Below are positions 1 to 8,730 of a DNA stretch of 26,904 bases, one piece after another (within the stretch, counting starts at the first letter, position 1; every line of letters begins with the position of its first letter). Under the pieces are notes generated by a model, which was given only the letters and a program-made list of their open reading frames with translations, ran no database searches and was not told the origin of the DNA. Made by a program: the position numbers and the translations under genes. Location of the stretch: assembly GCA_002421585.1 (NCBI GenBank), contig DIKD01000006.1, positions 1 through 26,904 of the forward strand, given 5' to 3'. The DNA is from Dehalococcoidia bacterium UBA5627. Lineage in GTDB: Bacteria; Chloroflexota; Dehalococcoidia; Dehalococcoidales; UBA5627.

Positions 1-2
1 AG

Positions 3-878
3 TTGCATCAACAAATACTGGAAAATCCGGATGATATTCCTGTAGAGCTGGAATCCGGTTTATGTTATCCGGCAGGGTCTTTTTTAATTCCGTCCTTGTT
101 TTTACTTGTGGGGATAAGTGACCTGAGAATTATTTATATAATATTACTGGTACCTGTATTGCTTTATGTAATATGGTTATCCCCTGCCAAATACCGGCTT
201 TTACTGTCGGCAATTATATTAATAAGCCTGGAGTTGTGGAATTCCCTGGCATCGGGGGAAACCGGTTTTTTGTTATTCCCATTTTTACTGTTGGGTTGGG
301 TGTTATTTAAAAAACACTCTCTTGTTTCAGCAATTAGTATAGGATTAGCTGTAACAGTTAAACAAGTGGCATGGTTTTTTATGCCCTTTTATCTAATTTT
401 GATATATAAAACACAGGGTTTAAAAAAGGCGGTGCAATCTTTGTTAATCGTCCTCCTGATATTTGTTGCAACTAATTTGCCTTTTATAATCAGTGGCCAA
501 TATTTATGGTATGAATCGATAATTTCACCTATGACGGACAAATTTCCATTGGGAGTGGGAATAATAACTTTGGTTACCGGTGGATTAATAAACATTCAAT
601 CCTCTTTGGTTTTTACCATAATTGAATGCCTGATATTTATTGGCGGGATTATCTGGTACTATCTCAACTGTTATCGATATCCGCAGGCGGGTCCGCTTCT
701 TGCAGTATTACCGCTGTTTTTTGCCTGGCGCAGCATATGGCCTTACTTTTTCTATTTCGATATTATCATTATCGCTTCGATAATAATTAACGAGTATGCC
801 AAACAAACGCATCATCAGTATGATTTAGCACTAAAGGGAAGGAATAAAACCGATACAGAACTTTCAACGGAAATTTAA
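3..878 (+). CDS. Polytopic membrane protein, GT-C-like glycosyltransferase (GT87/DUF2029/COG5650-like); probably 5'-truncated by the window edge
   Basis: The frame is open from the window start and has many hydrophobic segments. Motifs YPAGSFL, GLAVTVKQ, TNLPFI and FAWRSIWPYF resemble GT87-type membrane glycosyltransferases. Confidence 0.6.
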   Translation: MHQQILENPDDIPVELESGLCYPAGSFLIPSLFLLVGISDLRIIYIILLVPVLLYVIWLSPAKYRLLLSAIILISLELWNSLASGETGFLLFPFLLLGWVLFKKHSLVSAISIGLAVTVKQVAWFFMPFYLILIYKTQGLKKAVQSLLIVLLIFVATNLPFIISGQYLWYESIISPMTDKFPLGVGIITLVTGGLINIQSSLVFTIIECLIFIGGIIWYYLNCYRYPQAGPLLAVLPLFFAWRSIWPYFFYFDIIIIASIIINEYAKQTHHQYDLALKGRNKTDTELSTEI

Positions 879-929
879 GTATTGTATAATTACTACTCTT
901 GTGATATCTTTGGGTGGGAAATATTTGAG

Positions 930-1574
930 ATGGAAATGTTATTTTCCTTTATATTAGGGGTTGCCGCTTTTTTACTTGGCGCTTGTCCTTTTTCGGTATG
1001 GATAGGTCGCAAGGCGCTTAACAAGGATATTACCAGATACGGTGACGGAAATCCGGGTTCCGCTAATGTGTTTCGTGCGGGGAATGTTACTCTGGGTATA
1101 ATAGCCCTTGTTCTGGATATTGCTAAAGGTGTTCCTTTTATATGGCTGGCATATTATGTAATGCATATGCCCTTTAGCAATCTTCTCTTTATAGGCATTT
1201 GTGCAATTCTTGGACATGCCTTTTCCCCATTTTTGAAATTCAAAGGAGGCAAAGCGATAGCGGTTACCTTTGGTGTATTGATTGCTCTTCCTCAATCTGA
1301 ATTATTGTTACTTTTTGCGATATTTACGTTATTAGGATTCTTATTCATAGAGCAAAACGCATGGATGGCAATGATGGGTCCAACCGGAAGTTCTATTTTT
1401 TTACTGCTTTATAGTGGATTCACTCTGGAATTGCTTTTTATTTTGTGCATTTTGGCACTTTTTATCTATAAGCATTTTAAAGAATTGACGGAAGCTCCTG
1501 TGTTTGGGGTAAATATTTTAAAATGGATGCGTTCTAGGGAAGATAAGACGAATATTAAGAAGCAGCAATTATAA
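930..1574 (+). CDS. PlsY-like (glycerol-3-phosphate acyltransferase family) membrane acyltransferase, divergent; possibly CruD-like
   Basis: Motifs GDGNPGSANVFRAG, LDIAKG and GHAFSPFLKFKGGKAIA. The start is moved from the ORF-track 882 to ATG 930, which follows GGGTGGGA. The stop overlaps the next ATG (TAATG). Confidence 0.8.
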   Translation: MEMLFSFILGVAAFLLGACPFSVWIGRKALNKDITRYGDGNPGSANVFRAGNVTLGIIALVLDIAKGVPFIWLAYYVMHMPFSNLLFIGICAILGHAFSPFLKFKGGKAIAVTFGVLIALPQSELLLLFAIFTLLGFLFIEQNAWMAMMGPTGSSIFLLLYSGFTLELLFILCILALFIYKHFKELTEAPVFGVNILKWMRSREDKTNIKKQQL

Positions 1575-2761
1575 TGTTTATTCAAATTGTCATAGCAGGG
1601 ATATTACTTTTAATACTGGTTAATCTTATCTTGAATTTAATATACTTAAAATCACCTTCACTTGAGAGTAAAATACCAGGGAATGCTCCGATGGTGTCCG
1701 TTCTGATTCCTGCCAGAAATGAAGAGGACAAAATAACACAATGTCTGGAAACACTACTGAAGCAGGATTACCCTGCTTATGAGATTCTGGTGCTGGATGA
1801 TGAATCCACCGATAGTACAGCCGGAATCGTTAAGCAGTTTGCCGCTAAAGATAACCGTTTGAGGCTTATTAGCGGATTACCTCTACCCGCCGGATGGTCG
1901 GGGAAAAATTATGCTTGCCATCAACTGGCAAAAGAAGCGAAGGGCGACTGGCTACTTTTCGTAGATGCCGATACTACTCATACGCTAAATATGTTAAGTG
2001 GTGTTATGTCATTGGCTCTCGAGATGAATACCTCCCTGCTCTCAGGATTTCCACGACAGATTGCAGATAGCCCGGTAATGAACATATTTACTCCGACCTG
2101 GTATTTTATATTGATGACATGGTGCCCTTTATGGTGGATTCAGCAATCGAAGAAAAATATGCCATCAATAGCTATTGGCCAGTTTATGCTGTTTTCACGG
2201 CGGGAATATTGGAGAATCGGTGGGCATGAAAGCGTTAAATCAAAAGTATTGGAAGATATATGGCTTGGTGTCGAAGTTAATAAACACGGCGGAAAACATA
2301 TCGCAGTGGATTTATCGGATGTGGTGTTTTGTAAGATGTATGATAATGTCAAGGGTATATGGAACGGATTGACGCGTTCTGTTTATGCTGTTGCCGAAAT
2401 TTCGGTTATTGCTCTTGTGGCACTGATTATTTTTGCTTTTATATGCTATTTAATACCTTTTTATTCTTTATGGCACGAATACTCGTTTACAGGCGTCGAT
2501 AAGCTGGTTGTGGCCATCATTATTTTTCAAATTGCTTCTATCTACCTGATGCGCTGGATGGCAGACCGCCGTTTTCACCAGAATTCAATTCTTTCTGTTG
2601 TATTGCATCCGGTCGGAATTATATTTCTCCTATTCGTTGTAGCTAATGCCGTTATACAAAAGCTTGCGCGTACCGGTATCAATTGGAAGGGAAGGCTGTA
2701 TACCGAAGAATCATCCGGTGATGAAAACGTTATAGAAACCGGTTCCGATAAAGCAATATGA
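1574..2761 (+). CDS. Family 2 glycosyltransferase, CrtQ/CruC/HpnB-like, membrane-anchored
   Basis: N-terminal TM helix; VSVLIPARNEE, LDDESTD, GWSGKNYACHQL, LLFVDADT (DxD), IGGHE..K..VLED; C-terminal TM helices and INWKGR. Confidence 0.85.
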   Translation: MFIQIVIAGILLLILVNLILNLIYLKSPSLESKIPGNAPMVSVLIPARNEEDKITQCLETLLKQDYPAYEILVLDDESTDSTAGIVKQFAAKDNRLRLISGLPLPAGWSGKNYACHQLAKEAKGDWLLFVDADTTHTLNMLSGVMSLALEMNTSLLSGFPRQIADSPVMNIFTPTWYFILMTWCPLWWIQQSKKNMPSIAIGQFMLFSRREYWRIGGHESVKSKVLEDIWLGVEVNKHGGKHIAVDLSDVVFCKMYDNVKGIWNGLTRSVYAVAEISVIALVALIIFAFICYLIPFYSLWHEYSFTGVDKLVVAIIIFQIASIYLMRWMADRRFHQNSILSVVLHPVGIIFLLFVVANAVIQKLARTGINWKGRLYTEESSGDENVIETGSDKAI

Positions 2762-2817
2762 TATCCTAAATTATTATCACTAATATACTCATAATGAATA
2801 ACTCCGATGCGTTTAGC

Positions 2818-2846
2818 TTGACAGGTTATACCTGAAGTTATACGAT
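2818..2846 (+). promoter_or_regulatory. Sigma70-type promoter for the kinase/regulator pair
   Basis: TTGACA (2818-2823), 17-nt spacer, TACGAT (2841-2846). Confidence 0.65.
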
Positions 2847-2920
2847 TAGACAGTAATTTTAATCTTATTATATTGCTTCAATTATATATTTCAAACCGGT
2901 TACATATTAAGGAGTTGTTG

Positions 2921-4855
2921 ATGCGTCAAATTCATGAAAACACCACGGATGACGTTGTGTCTTCGGAAGGAATAAACCCGGACAAAGGGAAAGCTTCATC
3001 TTCTGCAAGTCTGCAATATAGTATTATTAACGACTGGTATAAAGCAGTCCTCCAAAATGCCACGGAAGGATTCTTCCTTTCAGATTTAAATAGCAATATT
3101 TTGTATGTAAATGATGCCTATTGCAAGATGAGCGGCTATAGCAGAACGGAATTGTTATCCATGAACGCTACTGACCTTATCTTAAAAAAACCTGCAGAAG
3201 TTAAAAAATTCGAAAGCAACATTGAAAGAACTATTAGCAATGGTGAATCTTCTTTTGAAATCAAAAGCAGACGCAAAGATGGTAGCGTGATTGATCTTGC
3301 GGTTAGCTATAAGTATATGGATGTAGGTCCGGGTTTTATATTCTGTGTACACAGAGATATTACCGAACAAAAAGAGATAAATAAACAATTAATCGAATCC
3401 GAAGAAAGATATAATGCATTGGTGGCATTGGGGGGAAGGGTCGGTGAAGCCGTAGTAATAATGCAGGATATGGGGAACAACGAGGGTGTGCAAACTTTCG
3501 TAAGTGATGAATGGGTCAAAATTACCGGATACTCTATGGAAGAGTTACTGGGAATGCCGTTTTTTAACCTGCTTAAAGCCGAATATTATACTCCTTCATT
3601 GGACAGGCATCGCAGGAAATTAAAAGGTGAAACTATACCGGGACCTTTCGAAATGGAAATCATTAGAAAAGATGGGGTGGTAATCGACATCGAGTTTACC
3701 AGTGTTCATACTACTTATAAGGGCAAGCGGGCTAATGTGGCTTATATTAGGGATATCACAGAACGTAAGAGAGTAGAGAATGTCATTAAAGAATCCGAGA
3801 GTCGCTTACAAAGCGTGTTGTCTTCAATCGATGATTGGGTATATGTATTCGACAAAGAAGGGTGTTTTATTTCCTGCCATCCTGAACCGGCAAGAGATAT
3901 ATATGAACCAAAAGGCGATTTTATGGGGAAAAAGCATTCAGAGGTTATGCCGTTAAAAGTGGATAAACTATTTTGCACTGCTTTTAATAAAAATATACAA
4001 GGATTAGTGGCGGATTACGAATTTTCCAGAGATGTAAAAGGAAGGAAGAAATGGATAAACGTAAAGCTGTCACCGATGTTTATTGATGGGGAGTTTAACG
4101 GTTCTGTTGCTGTAATAAGAGATATCACACAACGCAAACAGGTTGAGCAAAAGCTTCGGGAATCGCACAAGCAATTACGTGCACTATCGGTACACCTGCA
4201 GTATATTAGGGAACAAGAGAGAAAGGATATTGCTCATAGAATTCATGAAGAGCTTGGACAGCTACTTACTGCCGTAAAAATGGATATATCATGGCTGCAA
4301 AAACAATTACTACACTGTAATGAAATCCCCGACAATAAAATGGTTGATATTCTCAAACTGATTGATATGTCTATACAAATAGTTAAAGGTGTTTCGGCGG
4401 AATTAAAGCCCGGTTTGTTGTATGAATTGGGTCTATTAGCCGCTATTGAGTGGCAAACTGAGGAATTTTTTAAGCTTACAGGAATTAAGTGCAATGTTTC
4501 TTCCATACCGGCTAAAATAGTGGTGGAACAGGAATTGGCGATTGCGCTCTTCAGTGTCTTCCAGGAGCTTATAACAAATGTATTCAAGCATGCCGAGGCT
4601 ACCTGTGTTGATATTGGATTAAGAAAACAGGGTAAAAAGATAACACTAACCGTCAATGACAACGGCAAGGGAATTACAGAAGAGCAAATCAATGCTCCGC
4701 GTTCCTTAGGATTAATCGGTATTCGCGAAAGAGTACAATATTGGGGCGGCACTGTTACTGTAATCGGTATTTCCGGCGAAGGGACACACGTAACAGTCAG
4801 TATTCCGCTTAATAAAAAGGGAGGATTAACTGCTAATGAAAGTCCTGATAACTGA
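2921..4855 (+). CDS. Cytoplasmic sensor histidine kinase with three PAS domains, HisKA_3 and HATPase
   Basis: Three PAS repeats ending in RDITEQK, RDITERK and RDITQRK; H-box ERKDIAHRIHEELGQ; ELITNVFKHA; DNGKG; LGLIGIRER. No TM segment. Start moved to ATG 2921 behind AAGGAG (ORF track gives TTG 2873). Confidence 0.92.
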   Translation: MRQIHENTTDDVVSSEGINPDKGKASSSASLQYSIINDWYKAVLQNATEGFFLSDLNSNILYVNDAYCKMSGYSRTELLSMNATDLILKKPAEVKKFESNIERTISNGESSFEIKSRRKDGSVIDLAVSYKYMDVGPGFIFCVHRDITEQKEINKQLIESEERYNALVALGGRVGEAVVIMQDMGNNEGVQTFVSDEWVKITGYSMEELLGMPFFNLLKAEYYTPSLDRHRRKLKGETIPGPFEMEIIRKDGVVIDIEFTSVHTTYKGKRANVAYIRDITERKRVENVIKESESRLQSVLSSIDDWVYVFDKEGCFISCHPEPARDIYEPKGDFMGKKHSEVMPLKVDKLFCTAFNKNIQGLVADYEFSRDVKGRKKWINVKLSPMFIDGEFNGSVAVIRDITQRKQVEQKLRESHKQLRALSVHLQYIREQERKDIAHRIHEELGQLLTAVKMDISWLQKQLLHCNEIPDNKMVDILKLIDMSIQIVKGVSAELKPGLLYELGLLAAIEWQTEEFFKLTGIKCNVSSIPAKIVVEQELAIALFSVFQELITNVFKHAEATCVDIGLRKQGKKITLTVNDNGKGITEEQINAPRSLGLIGIRERVQYWGGTVTVIGISGEGTHVTVSIPLNKKGGLTANESPDN

Positions 4856-5465
4856 TGACCATCCAATCGTGAGGCAGGGATTGCAGCAATTATTAAAGGA
4901 AACATTTGAAGCGATTGTTGTTGATGAAGCCGCTAACGGAACAGAGGCTTTGGGTAAAATAAAAACGGATAAATACGATATAGTGTTACTCGATATAGCT
5001 ATGCCGGGGATGAACGGACTGGAAGTTTTAAAAGAGATACAGAAATTTAATAAGACTTTGCCGGTGCTTATAATCAGCATCTATCCGGAAGACCAGTATG
5101 CATTGCGATGTCTGAAGGCGGGGGCTTCGGGGTATCTAACCAAGGACACCGCATCTGATGAACTGACACTCGCTGTTGAAAGGATACTCTCGGGTAAGAA
5201 GTACGTCAGCCCCAACCTTGCGGATAAATTAGCTCGTCATTTAAATGAGGGAACTCCCAAACTACCTCATGAATTACTGTCCGACCGCGAAGACCAAGTG
5301 ATGCGCTATATTGCTTCCGGCAAAACCGCGGCTGAAATTGCTGCCGAACTTAATTTAAGCGTTAAAACTATTAATACCTATCGAAACCGTATTATAAAGA
5401 AAATGCAGATAAAAAATAGCGCCGAACTGATACGCTATGCAGTGCAAAACCAACTGCTCAATTAG
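4836..5465 (+). CDS. NarL/UvrY-family response regulator (REC plus LuxR HTH)
   Basis: ITDDHPIVRQG, LLDIAMPG (phospho-Asp), GASGYLTKD, LSDREDQV, LNLSVKTINTYR. Overlaps the kinase 3' end by 20 bp. Confidence 0.95.
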   Translation: MKVLITDDHPIVRQGLQQLLKETFEAIVVDEAANGTEALGKIKTDKYDIVLLDIAMPGMNGLEVLKEIQKFNKTLPVLIISIYPEDQYALRCLKAGASGYLTKDTASDELTLAVERILSGKKYVSPNLADKLARHLNEGTPKLPHELLSDREDQVMRYIASGKTAAEIAAELNLSVKTINTYRNRIIKKMQIKNSAELIRYAVQNQLLN

Positions 5466-5492
5466 TAGAAGGAGAAATTACGTTTTATAAAA

Positions 5493-5565
<73 letters not shown>

Positions 5566-5584
5566 GTGAAATAGATTCGTAGCT

Positions 5585-5614
5585 ATTTTATCAGTAATCG
5601 ATAGTTATTATCAA
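5585..5614 (-). promoter_or_regulatory. Sigma70-type promoter for tRNA-Lys
   Basis: Minus strand TTGATA, 18-nt spacer, extended -10 TGaTAAAAT, about 20 nt upstream of the tRNA. Confidence 0.5.
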
Positions 5615-5677
5615 ATCGGTTATTATAGCTGCAAGTTTTATAAAGCATTTCTTATAAAAAGCGAGGGGGATGGCTTC

Positions 5678-7369
5678 ATGGACAATAATATAGACAAAGA
5701 TAATGAACTGGATATTGATGTAGATTCCTCGATTGATGACATCACCAACCTGAAAAACAGTATTGAAGAATTAAACCAGAAAGCGGATGAAGCCAATAGG
5801 TTGGACAGGTCCTCACGTCTATCTGCCGATGAGGCAATTAAAATTGCAATAGAAATTGTGGAACAGGCAAGAAATATCAGTAAAAGCAGTAAAAAAATAA
5901 CTGATGAGGCGCGTAAAGCTTCTATGGAAGCAATAAAAAAAGCGGAGAAGGTAACAAAAGAAGCAGAATCCAGTGCAAAGGAATATAAACAGGCATTTGA
6001 AAGGGCTATTTCTGAAGCTGAAAAAAGAGCTAAGTGGGCAAAGGAAACCGCTGAAGAAGCAATATCATCTACACATGAAATTATTGATGAAGACGATAAA
6101 ATTGTTAAAGAAGCGCGGGGCACAGTAAAGGAAGCAGTAAAAGAAGCTAATAATGCGGCAAAAAGGAATGAAAAAACAGCAAAATCAGCCGAAGAAATGT
6201 CAGAAGCAGCCATAAAGTTGGCTCAGGAAGCTATGGTTACTGCGGAAGAAACTGAAAACAAAGTAAAATTTCATGTAGATGAAGCTATGCGAGTATCAAA
6301 CGAAGCCCTTAACACCGCAGCGGAAATAAAAAAATCCAGCCGGATACTGGACCTGGAAACAATGAAGGCACTGCAGGAAGCTACCGAAAAGGCTGAGAAT
6401 GCTAAAAAAGCTGCCGAAGAAACCAATAGGTCATATCAAAAGGCTTTTCTGGAAGCGATAAAATCCGTTGAGGAAACCAACATCTGGGCTAAAACCACTA
6501 CGGATAACGCTTTATTAAATTCTAAGGAAGCAATAGAAAAATCTCAGGAAACTGCAAATAAATCGGCTGAATTATCGAAAGAAGCCATGGAGTTGTCCAA
6601 AAAAGCCATTGAGACTGTTAATGAAGTATTATTGGAGTTAGAACAGAAGTCCGTAGAAATAAAAAACAAATCGGATGAGGTTATTTTAAAGGGAGAACAG
6701 GCAAAGAAAAAAACCATGGAAGCTGCTGAATCAGCTATTGCTGAATCAGAAAAAGCGGTTGACACGATTGAGCTTATCAGTGAATCGGCAAAAATAAGAA
6801 TTGAAGAGTGGGTTAATAATTCCAAGGTTGCCATAAACAGCGCTGAAGAAAACGCTTTATCAGCACAAAAAATGGCTGCAAAGGTACAGTTGGAAGCTAA
6901 AGAGGCGATTTCCAAGGCTGAGCAGTTATGCAGGTTGTCGCAAGAGGCTGCGGATGAAGCAATTAAGGCTTCAAAAGAAGCGGCTGAAGCGTCTAAAAGG
7001 GCTGCGAGTGAAGCCGGGGAAATGTGGGTTGATGTATTTAAAGGATTACTGGGTGAAACCACACGGGCGAGTCTATATGCTAAACAGACCGTAGAACAGA
7101 CATCTGATTTTGTACAGGACCCGTCACAGGAAGTTGAATTCGAGCATTCAAAGAATAAAAGAAAAGCTGTAGAAAGTAATCGCAATATTTCTGAACCTGT
7201 TGATGATAGTGAAAAAACTGTTAATGATACCATTGATGAAATAGAGGATGTGCCTTCGGTTTCAGAGTTTTCGGAGAATAAAGCTCCGGGAAAAGAATTC
7301 CAGGAGAAAACCAAAGACAGATTGGACTCTTTAACAAAAATGCTAATGTCCGATTCCGATGAAGAATAG
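5678..7369 (+). CDS. Ala/Glu/Lys-rich long alpha-helical (coiled-coil) protein with 150-aa internal repeats; function unknown
   Basis: SD GAGGGGG 8 nt before the ATG. About 400 aa of proline-free helical sequence lie between acidic N- and C-terminal regions. Confidence 0.85.
   Translation: MDNNIDKDNELDIDVDSSIDDITNLKNSIEELNQKADEANRLDRSSRLSADEAIKIAIEIVEQARNISKSSKKITDEARKASMEAIKKAEKVTKEAESSAKEYKQAFERAISEAEKRAKWAKETAEEAISSTHEIIDEDDKIVKEARGTVKEAVKEANNAAKRNEKTAKSAEEMSEAAIKLAQEAMVTAEETENKVKFHVDEAMRVSNEALNTAAEIKKSSRILDLETMKALQEATEKAENAKKAAEETNRSYQKAFLEAIKSVEETNIWAKTTTDNALLNSKEAIEKSQETANKSAELSKEAMELSKKAIETVNEVLLELEQKSVEIKNKSDEVILKGEQAKKKTMEAAESAIAESEKAVDTIELISESAKIRIEEWVNNSKVAINSAEENALSAQKMAAKVQLEAKEAISKAEQLCRLSQEAADEAIKASKEAAEASKRAASEAGEMWVDVFKGLLGETTRASLYAKQTVEQTSDFVQDPSQEVEFEHSKNKRKAVESNRNISEPVDDSEKTVNDTIDEIEDVPSVSEFSENKAPGKEFQEKTKDRLDSLTKMLMSDSDEE
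5828..7012 (+). repeat. Degenerate tandem repeat with 450-bp (150-aa) period, two full copies and one partial
   Basis: Y103/Y253, F107/F257 and W120/W270 align without gaps (TGG at 6035 and 6485). ISKSSK/IKKSSR/ISESAK lie at aa 67/217/367 and RAISEAE/EAIKSVE/EAISKAE at aa 109/259/409. Confidence 0.75.
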
Positions 7370-7382
7370 TACTTAGGAAAAT

Positions 7383-7413
7383 ATAATGCCTTATCATTTT
7401 GATAAGGCATTAT
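7383..7413. terminator. Probable bidirectional intrinsic terminator between convergent genes
   Basis: Perfect 14-bp inverted repeat ATAATGCCTTATCA-ttt-TGATAAGGCATTAT with short T-rich tails on both strands. Confidence 0.75.
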
Positions 7414-7438
7414 TGTTTTAAATTATGTCAAATATCTT

Positions 7439-8611
7439 TTAGAACAGCGACGGAATATCCTTGAACGATTCTTCTATACCGCGATGGTCCCAGTCGATGC
7501 CGCCCTGCCTCTTCTTCGAGTTAGCAATGTATTCGATAGTTCTGGCAAAGTAATCCACCACTCTCTTGGAGTTAACCAGTTCGGAAAGAATCACAGTAAT
7601 ATCAATCATCCCTTTTCCTCTGGGGTAGTCACCGCTCCTGATTATTGCTTCGGTCGCCATCCCTTTAAGATCTCCGGATAATTCCTTTATCACATCCATA
7701 CTCATTGCGTCATGAGGACCCGTTGCTAAATATAAAGCTCTTCTGGCGTTGTTAGGATTGCATTTTAGAGATAAATCCCCAAGAGCTTCGGTCATTGCTT
7801 TTGTACCCTGCTCATTCTGGGCATCCTTATCTCTGAAATCGGTACTTTTGCCAAAAGGAATTCTAAAACCGGAAAGATCTTCTTTTCCATAACCTATTAC
7901 AGTCCAGCCGGATAGTGTTTGTATAATATCACCTGCATCAAGAACTTTTGAACCTATATACTTAGGCTGCGTTTCTTCACCGGCACATAACAAGTTATAA
8001 AACGGCCTGACAACCATATAATTAATTTTCGATAGATTATTTTTTAAGGAAACATTTTTCTTTATGAATCTCTGGTTATCTACTAAAAAGATAGCGTCTG
8101 CCGCAAGATATGTGGATTTAAGGCACGTTCCTACATTATAAATGGACCGACCTTCCGTAAGTTCCTCGTATTGGAAAGGAAGGACAACCATGTTATAGAC
8201 AGGTTTATCGTATCTCTCTTTAATTAAATGAGTTAACACGGATATCGCCCCGGAGCCGGTACCGCCTGCTGCAGAAGCTATTAGAAGAATAGCATCGGTT
8301 TCCGCAAATTTATCGGTGCCTCTGATGCTGTCTATTACTTTATCGCCGTCTTCGTTGGCGATATCAGCACCGACTTCATTCAGCTTACCGACCCCATGTC
8401 CGCCTGTTTTCTTGGCGCCGATAAGTATTCTATGGCGGAAGTCCGATTTAATATTAACAAGGCCGCTCAGGTCAGCTACATCTGTATTAACGGCAATAAC
8501 ATTGGTCAGTATATTTAAACCGCGCTGCGTATGCGCGACTTTACCCAAACGTGCGAACTCATCGGCAATTCTGCCTCCGCATTGTCCGCATCCTATAACA
8601 AGCAATTTCAT
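7439..8611 (-). CDS. Tubulin/FtsZ-superfamily GTPase of the CetZ-like (non-canonical FtsZ) type
   Basis: GCGQCGGRIAD, AVNTDVADL, GHGVGKLNEVGA, AAGGTGSG signature, FLVDNQ, LLCAGE, VLDAGDIIQTLSG. No FtsZ-type linker and C-terminal core peptide. SD AGGGGGG. Confidence 0.85.
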   Translation of the reverse strand: MKLLVIGCGQCGGRIADEFARLGKVAHTQRGLNILTNVIAVNTDVADLSGLVNIKSDFRHRILIGAKKTGGHGVGKLNEVGADIANEDGDKVIDSIRGTDKFAETDAILLIASAAGGTGSGAISVLTHLIKERYDKPVYNMVVLPFQYEELTEGRSIYNVGTCLKSTYLAADAIFLVDNQRFIKKNVSLKNNLSKINYMVVRPFYNLLCAGEETQPKYIGSKVLDAGDIIQTLSGWTVIGYGKEDLSGFRIPFGKSTDFRDKDAQNEQGTKAMTEALGDLSLKCNPNNARRALYLATGPHDAMSMDVIKELSGDLKGMATEAIIRSGDYPRGKGMIDITVILSELVNSKRVVDYFARTIEYIANSKKRQGGIDWDHRGIEESFKDIPSLF

Positions 8612-8702
8612 ATTGTCCCCCCTGTTGCTCAGGAAGCATCCTGATTAAACACCTTTATAGTTTATCATAAATAAGTTAACTAACCAACAAATTAATAAAT
8701 AA

Positions 8703-8730
8703 ATTGTATATAAATAACACCGGTTGTCAA
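8703..8730 (-). promoter_or_regulatory. Sigma70-type promoter for the CetZ-like gene
   Basis: Minus strand TTGACA (8730-8725, overlapping the upstream gene's stop), 16-nt spacer, TACAAT (8708-8703). Confidence 0.55.

Noticed and set aside
4243-5080. Antisense ORFs over the kinase and regulator (220 aa, 84 aa)
   Set aside because: They fully overlap well-supported genes and show no motifs or ribosome-binding sites.
5638-7410. Long antisense ORFs 5638..6213 (191 aa) and 6544..7410 (288 aa)
   Set aside because: They are Ser/Ala/Phe/Leu-rich mirror images of the GAA/GCN/AAA-rich coiled-coil gene, an expected shadow of low-complexity coding sequence with no domain features.
7439-8611. Calling this gene canonical ftsZ
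   Set aside because: It lacks FtsZ N-terminal motifs, the C-terminal core peptide and dcw neighbours; the motif pattern is CetZ-like.
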